From: Rebecca billardiae RCC1528
Taxonomy: Eukaryota > Protista > Haptophyta
NCBI GenBank assembly: GCA_965240325.2
Contig: OZ251235.1
Location: forward strand, 124,001-188,000
Length of the DNA stretch: 64,000 nucleotides
Direction: 5' to 3'
The translations under genes and the position numbers were made by a program. The notes beneath the pieces are model-generated. The model was not told the origin of the DNA. It saw only the letters and a program-made list of their open reading frames with translations, and did not search any database. This document shows positions 11,855 to 23,631 of this stretch, piece after piece; the first letter of the stretch is position 1; each line of letters opens with the position of its first letter.

Positions 11855-12514
11855 CAGCTCAAGGCCCTCGTCGGCAGCACCGGGCCGCGTGCACTGAGTC
11901 GCCCCGAGCCGTCGTCGGTCGGGAGCCGACGCACCACGACTCGCTCGATGAGTTCACGACGGGCGACCCTAGTGTGAGGGTGTCTCCCCCGACCCTCCCC
12001 CCCCGCGCGCAACACGTCCCGAAAAGCAAGCAGAGGTATGGTACCCAGTTGCGAGCGCTGGCTATCTACACTAGAGAGGAAGGTGCTTATGATACAAGCG
12101 TCCGCACTGGCGCGTAATCATCGATGTACCCGCGTGAAATAGAGGGAGCCCGTTTCATCAATGGGAACGGTTCGATTTGGCGAATTGGCGTCAACCCAAG
12201 CTCACGAAAGGAAACGCAAGAGATTTGGGCGGCTTCACGCCGTTGCGTGGCATCTGTGAACGCAGCCATACTCATCCGATCAGACTCATCGTGCGCACGC
12301 ACGACAGAGCGCGGCACGATACACGATCGTGCCGCGCGGCACGCACGATCGTGCCGAGTATTCCGTATACAGAATACTCGCAGGCGGCACGCCACTGCTC
12401 GTTAGTGATTTGCCACGGCGCCGGCGCCCTGCCGCCTGCGTGCGCACACTGCATAGTGCATGCACAGGAGTCCGTGCGTGAAGCTGCGCCGACGGGCTCG
12501 CGGGCGCGGTCATC

Positions 12515-13124
12515 TCATTGCGACGGCCCCAGCTGCGCGAGCTGCCCGAGGAACTCCGTCCCTGTGAGCAGCTCGGTGCACACGTACACCACGCTCTTCT
12601 GCCCACCGCTCTGCTGCGCAAAGTCCTGCAGATTCTGGTACTCCAGGTAGCTGCCGCCGCCGACCGTGACGACAATCGCCTCGCGGAAGGCGCCGCGCCG
12701 CGCCGCGCCGCCGTCCGCGCCCGGCCCGTCGCTCATCAGCTTGGGATCCAGGGTGAGGAAGCCTGCGTGGGGGCAGGGGGGCGAGGGCGCCGCGTCACGC
12801 GCCGCGCGCGCCCAGCCTCAGCCCCGCCTGCTGCGCGCGTCGCGCTCCCAGCCGCGCGGCTCGTTGAAGGGGCGCGGCGCGGCGCGGCGCGGCGCGGCAC
12901 CCACCGTCTGTCTCTGGCGCCTGGCGCTGATCCATGATGGCGGAGACGATTTTGGTGGTGGGCGTCTCGCGGCGCGCGGGCAGCAGCTGCTTGACGTTGG
13001 CCGCGAGCGTGGAGGTGAGGCTGCGCGCCGAGCCGCCCACGCCCACCTGCCGGCGCCACGGCCACGCGCCGGGCGCGCAGCGCAGGCGCGCGGGCGCGGC
13101 CTCGCGCGTGAGCCCACGGGCCGA

Positions 13125-13168
<44 letters not shown>

Positions 13169-14733
13169 GGCAGCGCGCGAGGCGGCGGCGCGCGGTGTGC
13201 GGGCGCGCGGTGGTCGGGCGCGCGCACCTTGTCCGCGAGGTTGAAGACGGAGCTCATCATCCCGCTCCCGCTCCCCTTCACCCCGTCCACGCGCGTGGTG
13301 GACACCTTGGTCCGGAAGGCGGCCATCGTCTTGAGGAAGGCGAGCGCGCGCGTGTCCACGCCCTGCGAGCGCAGCGCGTCGCTCAGCCGGCCGAGCTCGG
13401 CGTCGGGGGGCGAGCAGTGGAGGTAGTAGAGGCAGAGCAGGCGCAGCCGGTCCTCCGCCGAGCCCTGCTCCGCGCCCGTGAGCAGCCCCTCCACCGTCGC
13501 CTTGTCCGGCGCGGCCAGCGTGCGCGCCAGCACCGCCTCCTCCGCGCCCACAAACGAGTCGAGCGCGCCCGTGCGGATGCGGTGCAGCAGCGCGGTCGCG
13601 ATGTTGGTGTGCATGTCGATCTTGCGCTTGCGCTCCTGCAGCTCGGGCAGCGCGGACATCGCGGTCTGCAGCTGCCGCGTCGACTGGTTCAGCGTCGCGT
13701 CGATGTCCGACCCCCCGCCCGCGCCCCCCTTGGCGCCGCTCGAGTTGATCGCCTCCACCTCCGCGCGGTACGCCTGAAGTGCGCCGTCGACCGCCTCGGC
13801 GACGGCGGGGAAGGGCGCGCCGGCCTGCGCGTGCCAGAAGGCGTCGGCGCTCTCGAGGCTGTACGTGTGCGTCTGCCGCGCCGCGCCCTCCTCCGCCTCG
13901 TCCTGGCACGTCAGCCGGTTCAGCCGCATGCCGAGCAGCTCGTGGCACAGCGCGCGGTACGACCACGGGTGCTGCACCATCACCCCCATGTCGACCGAGC
14001 GCTCGAGCACGATCAGCACGGGGCGCTGGTACGCGGCGGAGGAGCCCGCGTCGCCGAGGAAGGGCGCGCCCGACTTGAGGTGCTCGCGCAGCCTGCGCAC
14101 GAGCAGCTCCGCCGCCATCTGCGCCGCGCCGCCGCGCGGGCAGCGCACGATCGGCAGCACGCCCACCGTCGCGACCACCGAGAAGAGAGACGTCACGATC
14201 TGCTCGAGCAGACCCTCGATCGCCGTGTCGGACGCCTTGGGGTCGTTGAGCCGGACGAAGGAGGACTTCATGTTCAGGTCGACCAGGTCCTGCTCGAGCG
14301 AGATGAAGCCGAGGTACTGGTCCACCACCTGCGACACCTGCGAGACCGCCTCTGCGCGCAGCGTGAGGTCAGCCAGCTCCTCGAGCAGCGGCCGCGGCAC
14401 CGGCGCGGCAAAGTTGATGTGGTACGTGTCGTACAGCCGGCGCGAGCAGTCCTCGCCGATCAGCCGCACGTTCTCCGCCGTGGGCATCACGAAGTAGATC
14501 GCCGGCACGTCCGGCACCGCGTCGCGCTCGCTCTCGATCAGCAGGTGCAGCGTGATGCCGCGCTGACGGAGGTCGCCCACGCGCAGGAGGGGCGAGATGA
14601 TGTCCTGGCACGCGCGGTCGTAGACGAGGATCTTCCACGGGTCCTGCCAGTTGGCCGACGGGTCGGCGCTCTGCCGGTTCAGGTCGAGCATCCGGCTGAG
14701 CGCCTCCGTCTGCCGCGCGCGCAGGTTCACCAT
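12515..14733 (-). CDS. SLY1: Sec1/Munc18 family ER-Golgi protein Sly1/SCFD1; exons 14733-13228, 13046-12905, 12762-12515
   Basis: WKILVYDRACQDIISPLLRVGDLRQRGITLHL, VPDVPAIYFVMPT, RPVLIVLERSVDM..HPWSY, LPELQERKRKIDMHTNIATALL, FLTLDPK, VGGGSYLEYQNL. Both introns are phase-consistent. Confidence 0.93.
13128..13166. repeat. (GGC)13 microsatellite in SLY1 intron 1
   Basis: Uninterrupted GGC run read directly from the sequence. Confidence 0.9.
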
Positions 14734-14937
14734 CGTGATGCAACACACGGCGTGATGATGGCGGCGCGCCACTGCGCCAGCCCTGCACACTGCGCAGCGC
14801 TGGCTCCGCCGCAGTCCACAGCGCCGCACGCCTGTCCGGGGAGCCAGCCAAGCGGGCGGTCGTGCGGCGCCGGCACGCGGATCGGCGCCGAGCGCTCCGA
14901 GGCTGCCTGCGCATCGCAGCGGACGGCGGCACGCGCG

Positions 14938-16059
14938 ATGGCGGGCGATCGCGCGTGGTGGGACGAGAGCATCGAGCCGATCCGGCGGGCGCTCGCCGCC
15001 GGCGAGCTCGTGGACGAGGACGCGATCAGCGCGTTTGGCCGCGCCGTGCGCGACGCGGCGAGCGCGCGCGGCGGCGAGCCGCTCGCCGAGCTGCACGCCG
15101 CGCTCGCGGCGGAGGGCGCGGCGGAGGTGCTCGACACGCTCTCGTGGGAGCTCTTCGCCCAGTCCGCCGCGCTGCTCGCCGCCGACGACGTCGGCACGCG
15201 CGGCGGCGCGCGCGAGCTGATCGGTCTGGTGAGCGCGTCGTGCAGCGCGCGCGAGGTGTACACGATGTGCATGGAGCAGCTGGCGCGCGCGGCGGACGCG
15301 CACGGCGCGAGCTGTCTGCTCGGCGCGCTCGCGAGCACGCTCGACCGCCTGCACGCCACGCGCTCCTGGCCGCGCTTCGTCCAGTCCGCCGCGTGCTCGC
15401 TGCTCGAGCTGCTTGCGCGCTGGCCGCTGCACTGGTTTGCCGTGTGGGCGGATGCGAGCGGGGGCGGCGGCGGCGCGGATGGCGGCGGCGGCGCGGCGGA
15501 GGGGCAGGCGCAGCCCACGGCTCTGCAGCGCGCGCTCCGCGCCCTCGCCGCCGCGCCCGCCGAGCCGAGCGCCGCGGCGCCCTGCGGCGCGCCCGCCGCC
15601 GAGCGCGCAGGCGGCGTCGCGGACGGCGCGGAGGGCGTCGAGCGAGTGTGTCGCGTGGCGTGGCACTCGCAGCTGCTCCTCGCGCTGTACGGCTGCGCGC
15701 TCGTGCGCACGGCGGGCGCGCACGCGAGCGCCGGCGCGCGCGCCCGCGCGAGCGCCGTCGTCGCGCGCGAGGGCGGCGGCGCCACCGGCTCGCCCGCGAC
15801 CGCGGCGCTCGTATCCGCGCTCGCGGCCGAGCTGAGCGCGCACGCGGGCGGCGCGCTCGCGCTCGTCGAGAGCGCTCAGCTGTCGGAGGCGGAGCTGAGC
15901 GCGCGGCTGCAGGGGGCCGGGCTGGGCGGCGAGGCGGCCGAGCGCGCGCCGAACGGCTCGGCGCGCGCCTTTGCGCTCACGCCGCGCGCCGCGGGGCACG
16001 CGCTGCGCTGGGCGCACCTGCTGCCGCCGGGCGACGGGCCGGGCGGCGGCCAGCGCCAA

Positions 16060-16095
<36 letters not shown>

Positions 16096-17562
16096 ATCGG
16101 CGGCGGCGGTCGCGTGGGCGGCGGCGGCGTGGGCGGCGGCCCCGCCAGCCACGGCCGCGCGCGCGCGCCCCACCTCCTCTCCGACGAGCTCGCGAGCGCG
16201 CTCCTCGCCGACGCGCGCAGCGCCGAGCGCGCGCTCGCGTGCGCGGCCGCGCTCACCGCCGGCGCGGCCGCCCAGCAGCCGCAGGAGCTGGTTGTGGCGG
16301 TGGAGCTCATCCACGCCATCTTCGCCGGCGTGGGCGGCGGCGGGCGGCGCGGCGGCTCGGAGGCGCCGGCGTGGCTGCGCGCGAGCGCCTCCCCGCCCGT
16401 CCTCCTCGCCGAGCGCACCCTCGAGCGCGTGATGGAGGGTTGCGCGGACGCGGCCGTGCGCACACGCGCCTTCCTAGCGCACGGCGCGCTGCTGGACGCG
16501 CTCGAGCCGGGCGCGCGCGCCGAGCGCGTGCGCGCGCGGCTGCGCTGCCCGGTGGACGACGCGGCGGCGCCGTGCCCCGGCGTGGCCGCGCTGCTCGCCA
16601 CGCGCCTCACCGAGGAGCTGCAGCGCGCCGCCAACGCCTCGCCGCGCGAGAGCGCCGACTCGAGCGCGGCCGAGGCGGCGCGGCGGGCGGATGGCGCCCC
16701 CGCGCCGCCGCCGCCGCCGCCGTCTTCGGCCGCCCACCCCGCGCCCTTCACGCTGACGTCCGCGCTCGAGGTGCTGCCGCTGCTGCTCGACCCGGCGCAC
16801 GACGCGCTCGAGCAGTACGACCGCGCGATGGGCGGGCTCAGCCTCGCGCGCTTCGTCCTGCTCCGGCTGCAGGCCATCCTCGCCGCCTCCGCCGCCGCCG
16901 GCGGCGCGGCCGGCGGCGCGGCCGGCGGCGCGGCCGGCGGCGCGGCCGGCGGCGCGGCCGAGCCATCAGACGCGGCAGCGGTGCCCTCAGAGCGCTCAGG
17001 GCCCGCGCTGGCCGGCGCCGCGGACGCGTCCGCGCTGCGCGCGGCGGCGGGTGCGGAGGCGGCGGCGCTCGTCCCGCTCGTCGAGCGCCTGCTCGCGGAG
17101 CGCCTGCTCCCGCTCGACGCGCGGCTGCGCGCTCGCATGGACGAGCTTTGGGCAGTGGCGAGCGGCCGCGTGCCGCCCACCGCGGGCGCGGGCGGTCCGG
17201 ACGAGGACGGGCCGAACGCGGGCGCGGCCGCGTCGGTCGCGAGCGCGCGCGCGTGCTTCACGCGCTTCCAGCTGCAGCTGAGCGTGCTGGAGCGCGTGCT
17301 GGAGCTCGCACGGCTGGTCACGCGCACGGGCACACGCGCCGCCGGCGCGTCGGCGGCAGGCGGCGGCGCGAGCGGCGGTGCGGCGAGCACAGCAGATGCC
17401 GACGCGGGCATGGCCTGCCCGCCCGCGGCAACGTCGGCCGTTGGCGTCGCGCCCGGCAGCGCCGCCGTCGCAGCGGCGGCCGCCTCCCAGGGCCCGTCGT
17501 CCGCAGTGGCGGCGCAAGCCAGTGCTGCGGCGCAGGCGCGTCCTGCAGAAGCGACACAGTGA
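14938..17562 (+). CDS. Glomulin/ALF4 (Ybp-family)-like helical protein
   Basis: VLDTLSWEL..., SCSAREVYTMCMEQL, VRTRAFLAHGALLDALEPGAR, DALEQYDRAMGGLSLARFVLLR resemble GLMN/ALF4 conserved blocks (e.g. DLLQNSDRIMASLNLLRY). ATG at 14938. Confidence 0.6.
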
Positions 17563-17639
17563 GTGAGTGATGATCGATGAGGGCGTGGCATCGCGACGCT
17601 CCGTTCCGGCTAGGATTTGAGATTATTCCGTCATCCACG

Positions 17640-19643
17640 ATGGCGGCGGGTCGTGCGCGCCCGATCGCATGTCTGCTCCTGGCGTGCGCCCTGCGCGCGC
17701 CGGCGGCGCCCGCGGTCGACGAGCGTGTCGAGGCGAGCGCGGCTCCAGCGCGCTCCGATGCAATCGCCACGCCGCCGCGTGGCGTGTGGAACCCGCACCC
17801 GCCCGCCAACGCGCCGACAGACGAGGCGCTGACGGCGTACGAACGATCCCGGTGGGTGCGCCGCCACCGCGCGCTCTGGCGCGAGCACTGCGCGTGCGGG
17901 GAGGTCGACGCGGCGGAGGCGAAGCGTCTGCACGCACACCTGCCAGGCGTGCTCGTCTTCGACCTGCGCGACGTGCCCCGCCTCGGCCTGGGCAACACGC
18001 TCGAGAAGTACGTGCTGCTGCTACGCATGGGCGTTGCGCTCGGCCGGGCGCCCTTCCTGTGGATCTCGGACTGCGCGGTGCGCAAGGGCGCCGAGTGCCA
18101 CTTCGACCCGGCGGACTACTTCGTCACGGCAGCGGGCTCGCCGTGGGGCTGGTCCGCCGCCGAGCGCACGCGCGTGCGGCGCGCGCTCGCGGGGCGCGGC
18201 GTCGCGTCGCGCGAGCAGCAGCACGAGGTGTGCCAGGGTGCGGCGCGGGATCAGGACGCGGCCAAGGCGGCGGCCGCGTCGGATCTGCCGCTGGCGGCGA
18301 ACATGTCGCACCCGAGCGTCCTCGAGCTCGAGTGCCCGCCGCAGGGCGTCGACGCCGCCACCGACGCGAAGCGCGCGGGCTGCCTGAACAAGCGCTGCTC
18401 ACGCGCGACCGCTGCGTGGCTGCGCTCGCACTCGCTGCGGCCGCGCGCCGGGGCCGAGAAGGAGGAGGAGGAGGAGGAGGAGGAGGAGGAGAGGCAGGCG
18501 GCGGTGCCGTGGCTGTTGCTGAGGGTGCGCTCGTGGGAGCACGCGCAGCTTCTCGCGCGCACGACCGACCTCCTCCTCTCGCCGCGCAAGCACCGCCGCG
18601 CCGGCAGCTGCGCCAAAGCCGATGCCCACTGCATCACCAACAGCTGGCTGTGGCCGCGCGCGCACGTGCGGCGCGCGATCGCGCCCACGCTCGCACCGCT
18701 CGAGCGCTTCGACGCGCTCGTGAGCGTGCACGTGCGCACGCGGTTCGTCGACTTCGTGGGCGAGCAGCAAGTGCGCGCGCGACGGCCCAACCTCGCCGCC
18801 GCTCGCCTCGCCCACGCCGAGCGCCCCGCCAACGAGCGTGGTGGCTGGGACGCCGTGCTCGCCGGCCGGACTGAGGGCTGGACGGCCCCGGACTTTGCGG
18901 ACGCGTTCGAGGGCATGCTCGCCGAGTGCCCGGAGCTACCCGCGCGCACCCGGCCGCGGCAGCCGTGCGCGCGGCGGAAGGCGCTGCCGCGCGTGCGCAC
19001 CTCGCGCTTAGAGCAGCTGCTGGACGCGCCGAGCGCGTGCGGCGACAACGCGTCCGCGCTCGAAGTTCAGCCCGTGCGCACGCACGCGTTTGGGCCGCTC
19101 GCGCGAACGCTCACGTGCGCCGCGCATCTGGCGCATGCGCTCGCGCGCGGCGTGGCGCCGGCGGCGCTCGCGCCGAAGCGGCGTCATCGGCACGCCAGCC
19201 TGCCAGGCCCCGCGAACGGCTCGCACTCGCGTTGGGGTCTCTTCATCCTCTCCGACGCGCCGCTCGTCCCCGCCTTTGTCGACAGCGCGCCGGCACTGTC
19301 CGGCCACGTCGTGCACACGAGCGGCGCGTTTGCGCACAACTCGTTCGAGCTGGTGTGCGACGGCATCGACGCGCTCGGCGCGTGGGTCGGCTGCCGCAAC
19401 GGCGGTGACCCGCGTGGCGGCTGGACGCGCGTGATAGCCGACCTCGTCGTCGCCTCCTTTGCGGACGCGCTGATCGGTCTGCCGGGCTCCTCCTTCCAGA
19501 ATGTGATCATGTCGCGCTCGCTCACTGTGGCGCACCGGCTGCAATTCTCGTTCACGACCGAGGCGTGGGCGGCGAAGCACTTCCTCGAGGGCGTGGTGCG
19601 CGTGCTGCAGGGGCCGCTCCTGCCACGCCAGGCGAATGCCTAA
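17640..19643 (+). CDS. Secretory-pathway fucosyltransferase-like glycosyltransferase (GT11/GT23/GT37-type motifs)
   Basis: Hydrophobic N-terminus, GLGN, motif I VSVHVRT, motif II LFILSD, motif III DLVVASFADALIGLPGSSF. Confidence 0.6.
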   Translation: MAAGRARPIACLLLACALRAPAAPAVDERVEASAAPARSDAIATPPRGVWNPHPPANAPTDEALTAYERSRWVRRHRALWREHCACGEVDAAEAKRLHAHLPGVLVFDLRDVPRLGLGNTLEKYVLLLRMGVALGRAPFLWISDCAVRKGAECHFDPADYFVTAAGSPWGWSAAERTRVRRALAGRGVASREQQHEVCQGAARDQDAAKAAAASDLPLAANMSHPSVLELECPPQGVDAATDAKRAGCLNKRCSRATAAWLRSHSLRPRAGAEKEEEEEEEEEERQAAVPWLLLRVRSWEHAQLLARTTDLLLSPRKHRRAGSCAKADAHCITNSWLWPRAHVRRAIAPTLAPLERFDALVSVHVRTRFVDFVGEQQVRARRPNLAAARLAHAERPANERGGWDAVLAGRTEGWTAPDFADAFEGMLAECPELPARTRPRQPCARRKALPRVRTSRLEQLLDAPSACGDNASALEVQPVRTHAFGPLARTLTCAAHLAHALARGVAPAALAPKRRHRHASLPGPANGSHSRWGLFILSDAPLVPAFVDSAPALSGHVVHTSGAFAHNSFELVCDGIDALGAWVGCRNGGDPRGGWTRVIADLVVASFADALIGLPGSSFQNVIMSRSLTVAHRLQFSFTTEAWAAKHFLEGVVRVLQGPLLPRQANA

Positions 19644-20143
19644 GGTCCGCCGTCGTCCGTGACCGATGGTCATGCACGCGCCCATCCCGACGAGGTGACG
19701 ACTCAGGCTCAGCAGTAGTAGTGCTGTCACATTCAGTCTGCTGATGCTGCGCGCTGCGGCTGCCAGCATTGTTATTGATGCGTACGTCATTGACGAGCGC
19801 TAGTAGTACTATACTGCTGCTGCTGTAGCTGCGCTGCGGCTGAGCCTGATGATACTTGGCAACTTGAACTTGCCGCTCCCGCTGACGCCGCTGCTGATGT
19901 CAGTGCCAATACTGTGATGAATATAGCAGTGATCCGATGTGCGTGCTGGAACTAACCGCCGACGGAGACCGACGGCGTCACGGCGACGGTCGCGCCTACT
20001 TTCACTCTCTCTACTGCGCTGCTGCTGACGTACTGGTGTGCTGCTGAATAAGTGCTGCGCGCATGTGCTGAGACTGAGCAGTGATGATGAGCCGTCGTCT
20101 CCCAGGTCACAACTCACATGCCGCCCCGGCGGAGCTTCCATCG

Positions 20144-22339
20144 TCAGCGCATCACCTGAGTGGGGATTGGGGCGCGCCTGCTGCCACTGCCCCCCGGCGG
20201 TGCTCCGCCACGCAGGCTTGCGGCCGCGGCAGCCTGCCCCGGCATAGCAGCCGCGCGAGGCTGCGGGGGCAAATGGAGTTGGGGCGGCGGCTCGGCGCGG
20301 GGCGCGGCGATCCATGCCGTGTGCGACGGCGCGAGGACGAGAGCGATCACAAAGACGACAAACTCGCTGTTCGGGCGCACGCCGAGTGACGCAAGCGTCT
20401 CATGGCGCTGCAGCAGCCTGCAGACGCTTGCCCCTGCGCTGGACCCGTGCGGCGCCCCGCCCACGCCCGCGCCGCCGCCACCCTCCGCGCCTGCGAGTCC
20501 CACCAACGGGACGCGGCCCTCGAGCTCAAAGAGCTCAGGCCAGTCCGGGTGCGGCGGCTGTGCGCGTGCGCGCTCGGCGATTCGCGTCTCGATCGAAGCG
20601 ATGGGCTCGTCGAGGGGCACGTCCGCTAGGAGCAGCATGCTCTCGCTGTGCGTGTGGATCGCCCGAATGCGCGCGAACCTGGCGGGCGGCTGGCGTCGGC
20701 GCGTGGCGTCGGCAGCTCGCATCGTGACGGGCGAGCGACCACGGCCGCCGGCGTCACTGTCGCTGCACGAGCTGGAGCCGCCGCCCAGCCCGTCCTCCTC
20801 GTCCCCACCCCTGTGCGCGCGGCCGCCGGACGCCCTGGCCCTGCGCACCGCCCGGGCCTCTCCGGGGGCGGACCGTCGCAGCTGGAAGTGCGAGGGCTCC
20901 GCAAACGGCGAGCGCGCCGCGCCGAGCGCAGCGGCGAGGCACGACGCTGCCGAGGGCCAGGTGTGCGCGCCATCGCCCGCTGAGATGCGCCGCGCGCCGC
21001 AGCCGCTGAGGCCGCACCAGCCGCCTGCGTCCGACGGCGCCGCCCCCGCGCTGTCGCGCGTCGCACCGAGGCTTGCGCATCGAGGCCGCGCGTGCCCTCT
21101 GCTCACGCTCGCGCTCGTGGCTGTCTCCTCGTCCGCGCCGCGCGCGCGCTGTCGGCCAAAGCGCCCGGCGGGCGAGCCCGCGCTCGCGTGGCCAACCGTG
21201 TACTGAGAATACGAGTACGCGTCGGTCTCGCCGTCCAGCTCGTCGCTGCTGCTCTCGGCGTCCTCGGGCTCAGCCGTGCCGGCGCCGCTCGACGTGTAGC
21301 TCGGCGCGTACTCGTCGGTTTCGTCCAGCCGAGACTCGCTGCCCTCGCAGCCGCCATGCCGGCCCTCACTGCCGCCGCCGGGCCGCGCGCCGCAGGAGTC
21401 GCTCTCGCCGCGCTCGGCCCGCGCGGCGTGGGGTTCGCTCGCGCCGTGCCGCGCACGGTCACGCCAGTGCTGCTGCGGTGGCGATGCACGGCCGCTCGGC
21501 GCCGCGCCGCGAGGCAGCGCAGCGGCGCCGCGTGCGTGCACCGGCAGCTCTTGACGGCCGTCCTTGGTGGACGCCGCCATGCCCGCAGCGCCCGATCCAG
21601 CGGCGCAGCCGCCGGGGCCACGGCGCAGCCGCGCCAGCTCGGCCCCACCGTCCTTGGCGTACCGCGCCCATGGGCCTTCATAGTCCATGGTGCACGTGCG
21701 CCCACCGTTCGCCGCCGTGCCGGTGCCCGCGGAGCCCTCAGCTCCGTCGCGTTGGCCTGCGCTGCCTGGGCCGCCGGTCACGGCAGCGGTCAGCGCGTCG
21801 CCCTGTGCGTCGGGCGTGCCGGCCGCACTGTGCGAGGAGCGCACGCCGGATGGCGGCTTTTCCAGCCGCGCGGCGCGCGCACTCGGCTCGGCCGAGTCCG
21901 GCGCTTGCGTCGACGGCGTGTGTTGCCGCTGCGCATGACGCAGCCGCCTGCCGAGTGCGCGGAGCTCCTTGTCCTGCGCACACAGGCGGCGTGTGAAGGG
22001 GTCAGCCGACCGGCGAGGCGCGGGACGAACGGGCGCGGGCGTGCACTGTGGCAGGCACGCAACCCCGCCTGCGGCACACACCTTCTCCCTCACGGAGTAC
22101 AAGAGCCATGCAGTCAGCGCAAACGTGATGATTGTCGCGAGCAGGTCCGGCACGGTGAGCGCGGCGAAAAAGAGCCAGCCGTAGCTCAAGGCAGTGACGA
22201 GTAGCACGCCGAGCTGGATCGTGCTCGACGCCTTTGCCTCATGCTGTGCTCGCCTCGGTCGTGACGCCACGCCGCCCACGTGCGACAGCCTGCGCCACCG
22301 CTTGCGTCGACCGCGGCTTGATGCACTGGCAGCCGCCAT
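20144..22339 (-). CDS. Hypothetical protein: two N-terminal TM helices, disordered middle, possible C-terminal ubiquitin-like fold; probable in-frame intron 21974-22081
   Basis: Long ORF with TM segments LGVLLVTALSYGWLFFAAL and LLATIITFALTAWLLY. Splice sites GAG AAG|GTGTGT...GCAG|GAC. C-terminal VPLDEPIASIETRI...LLQRHETLASLGV. Confidence 0.55.
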   Translation of the reverse strand: MAAASASSRGRRKRWRRLSHVGGVASRPRRAQHEAKASSTIQLGVLLVTALSYGWLFFAALTVPDLLATIITFALTAWLLYSVREKVCAAGGVACLPQCTPAPVRPAPRRSADPFTRRLCAQDKELRALGRRLRHAQRQHTPSTQAPDSAEPSARAARLEKPPSGVRSSHSAAGTPDAQGDALTAAVTGGPGSAGQRDGAEGSAGTGTAANGGRTCTMDYEGPWARYAKDGGAELARLRRGPGGCAAGSGAAGMAASTKDGRQELPVHARGAAALPRGAAPSGRASPPQQHWRDRARHGASEPHAARAERGESDSCGARPGGGSEGRHGGCEGSESRLDETDEYAPSYTSSGAGTAEPEDAESSSDELDGETDAYSYSQYTVGHASAGSPAGRFGRQRARGADEETATSASVSRGHARPRCASLGATRDSAGAAPSDAGGWCGLSGCGARRISAGDGAHTWPSAASCLAAALGAARSPFAEPSHFQLRRSAPGEARAVRRARASGGRAHRGGDEEDGLGGGSSSCSDSDAGGRGRSPVTMRAADATRRRQPPARFARIRAIHTHSESMLLLADVPLDEPIASIETRIAERARAQPPHPDWPELFELEGRVPLVGLAGAEGGGGAGVGGAPHGSSAGASVCRLLQRHETLASLGVRPNSEFVVFVIALVLAPSHTAWIAAPRAEPPPQLHLPPQPRAAAMPGQAAAAASLRGGAPPGGSGSRRAPIPTQVMR

Positions 22340-22470
22340 GAGAATCGTCTCGACGCGACGACGCTCGCCGGCGTTTGCCTGTTCGTTTTGGACGTTTTCG
22401 ATTGCTCAAGCGGTTCCGTACTTCCGTTTGCGGTTTGCCTGTTTGCTCCGCTTTCTCTCGTCGAAAAAGC

Positions 22471-23631
22471 ATGGCGGCGGCGATGATGGTGGTGGCTCCC
22501 GCGCCTGAGCCGCCCGAGAGCACGCTTGAACGCGACCTGCTGGATGCAGAGCGATTGGAGGCGCTCAAACGATGCGACACGCGCAGGGTGTCGTACAACC
22601 CGCACTCGTTTGCCTTGGTCGCCAACCTGCGCGGCCGGAACACCGGCATGCTCGCGTGGCCGCTTGCAGGGCTCGCGTGCTGGTATGTCGCGATGGTCGC
22701 GGTGTTGACCGTGTCTCCAGACCGCGAGGTGTTGGCGGTCTGGTTCGACCCGATCGAGAGTCTCGTCATCCCGCTCCTGGGCGACGTCGTCGCATTCCTC
22801 CTCGTCTTCCGCATCGGCCGCGCCGCCGTGCGGTTCTGGGATGCCCGCGCGGCCGCGGGCGACATCATCCTCAATGCGCGGACGCTCTCGGCCGAGGCTC
22901 TCATGCTTCGGCCGGCGGACGATGCCGCGCGAGCCGACCTGGCGCGTTGGATGTGCGCCATGCCAGTCGCCATCAAGAACCACCTGCGCGCGCTGGCCGA
23001 TGCCGGCCCCGCGGGATGCTTGCCCTTGGGGGCCAAGCCTGTGCAGCCCTTCAGCTCGCCCAAACCGCCATTCAGCAGAGCGACGCGGCTGATGGAGCTT
23101 GTACCCGCACTGTCTGCGATGGAAGCTGCGGCGGTGCTGGACGCGCGCAACCCGCCGCTCCTCGTCGCCGTGCGCGTGCGCGAGGCCGCCGCGCGCGTCC
23201 TTGCCCAGGCGCGCCCCGAGCACGTGCAGCCGCTCGCGTACCGTGGCCTCGCGGACGCGCTCGACAGGATCGCCAAGGCGGCGGGGACGATGGAGCGGAT
23301 CGCGAACACGCCGCTGCCGTTCGTGTACGTCGCGCATCTGCGCACATTCCTGCTGCTCTTCCTCGCCGTGGCGCCACTGCCGGTCTTTTTAGCTTCCGGC
23401 TGGGCCGCGCTCGCGCCTGCGCTGCTCGCCGCGTGGGCCATGCTGGGCATCGAAGCGGCGGCCGTCGAGTGCGAGGCGCCGTTTCTAAGGAGGGCCAACC
23501 ACCTCGGGCTCGGAGCCCTCAGCATCACCGTCGCACGCGACATTGCGCAGGTGCTCCGCGACACGAGCGCCGCGCAGCGAACGCCGCTGGTCGTGCCCAC
23601 CGTGTCGCAGGCGGTCCCAGCAGCACTGTGA
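22471..23631 (+). CDS. Bestrophin-like (YneE/VCCN-type) anion channel
   Basis: FLLVFRIGRAAVRFWDAR, MERIANTPLPFVYVAHLRTFLLLF, LGIEAAAVECEAPF...NHL. Confidence 0.85.
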   Translation: MAAAMMVVAPAPEPPESTLERDLLDAERLEALKRCDTRRVSYNPHSFALVANLRGRNTGMLAWPLAGLACWYVAMVAVLTVSPDREVLAVWFDPIESLVIPLLGDVVAFLLVFRIGRAAVRFWDARAAAGDIILNARTLSAEALMLRPADDAARADLARWMCAMPVAIKNHLRALADAGPAGCLPLGAKPVQPFSSPKPPFSRATRLMELVPALSAMEAAAVLDARNPPLLVAVRVREAAARVLAQARPEHVQPLAYRGLADALDRIAKAAGTMERIANTPLPFVYVAHLRTFLLLFLAVAPLPVFLASGWAALAPALLAAWAMLGIEAAAVECEAPFLRRANHLGLGALSITVARDIAQVLRDTSAAQRTPLVVPTVSQAVPAAL

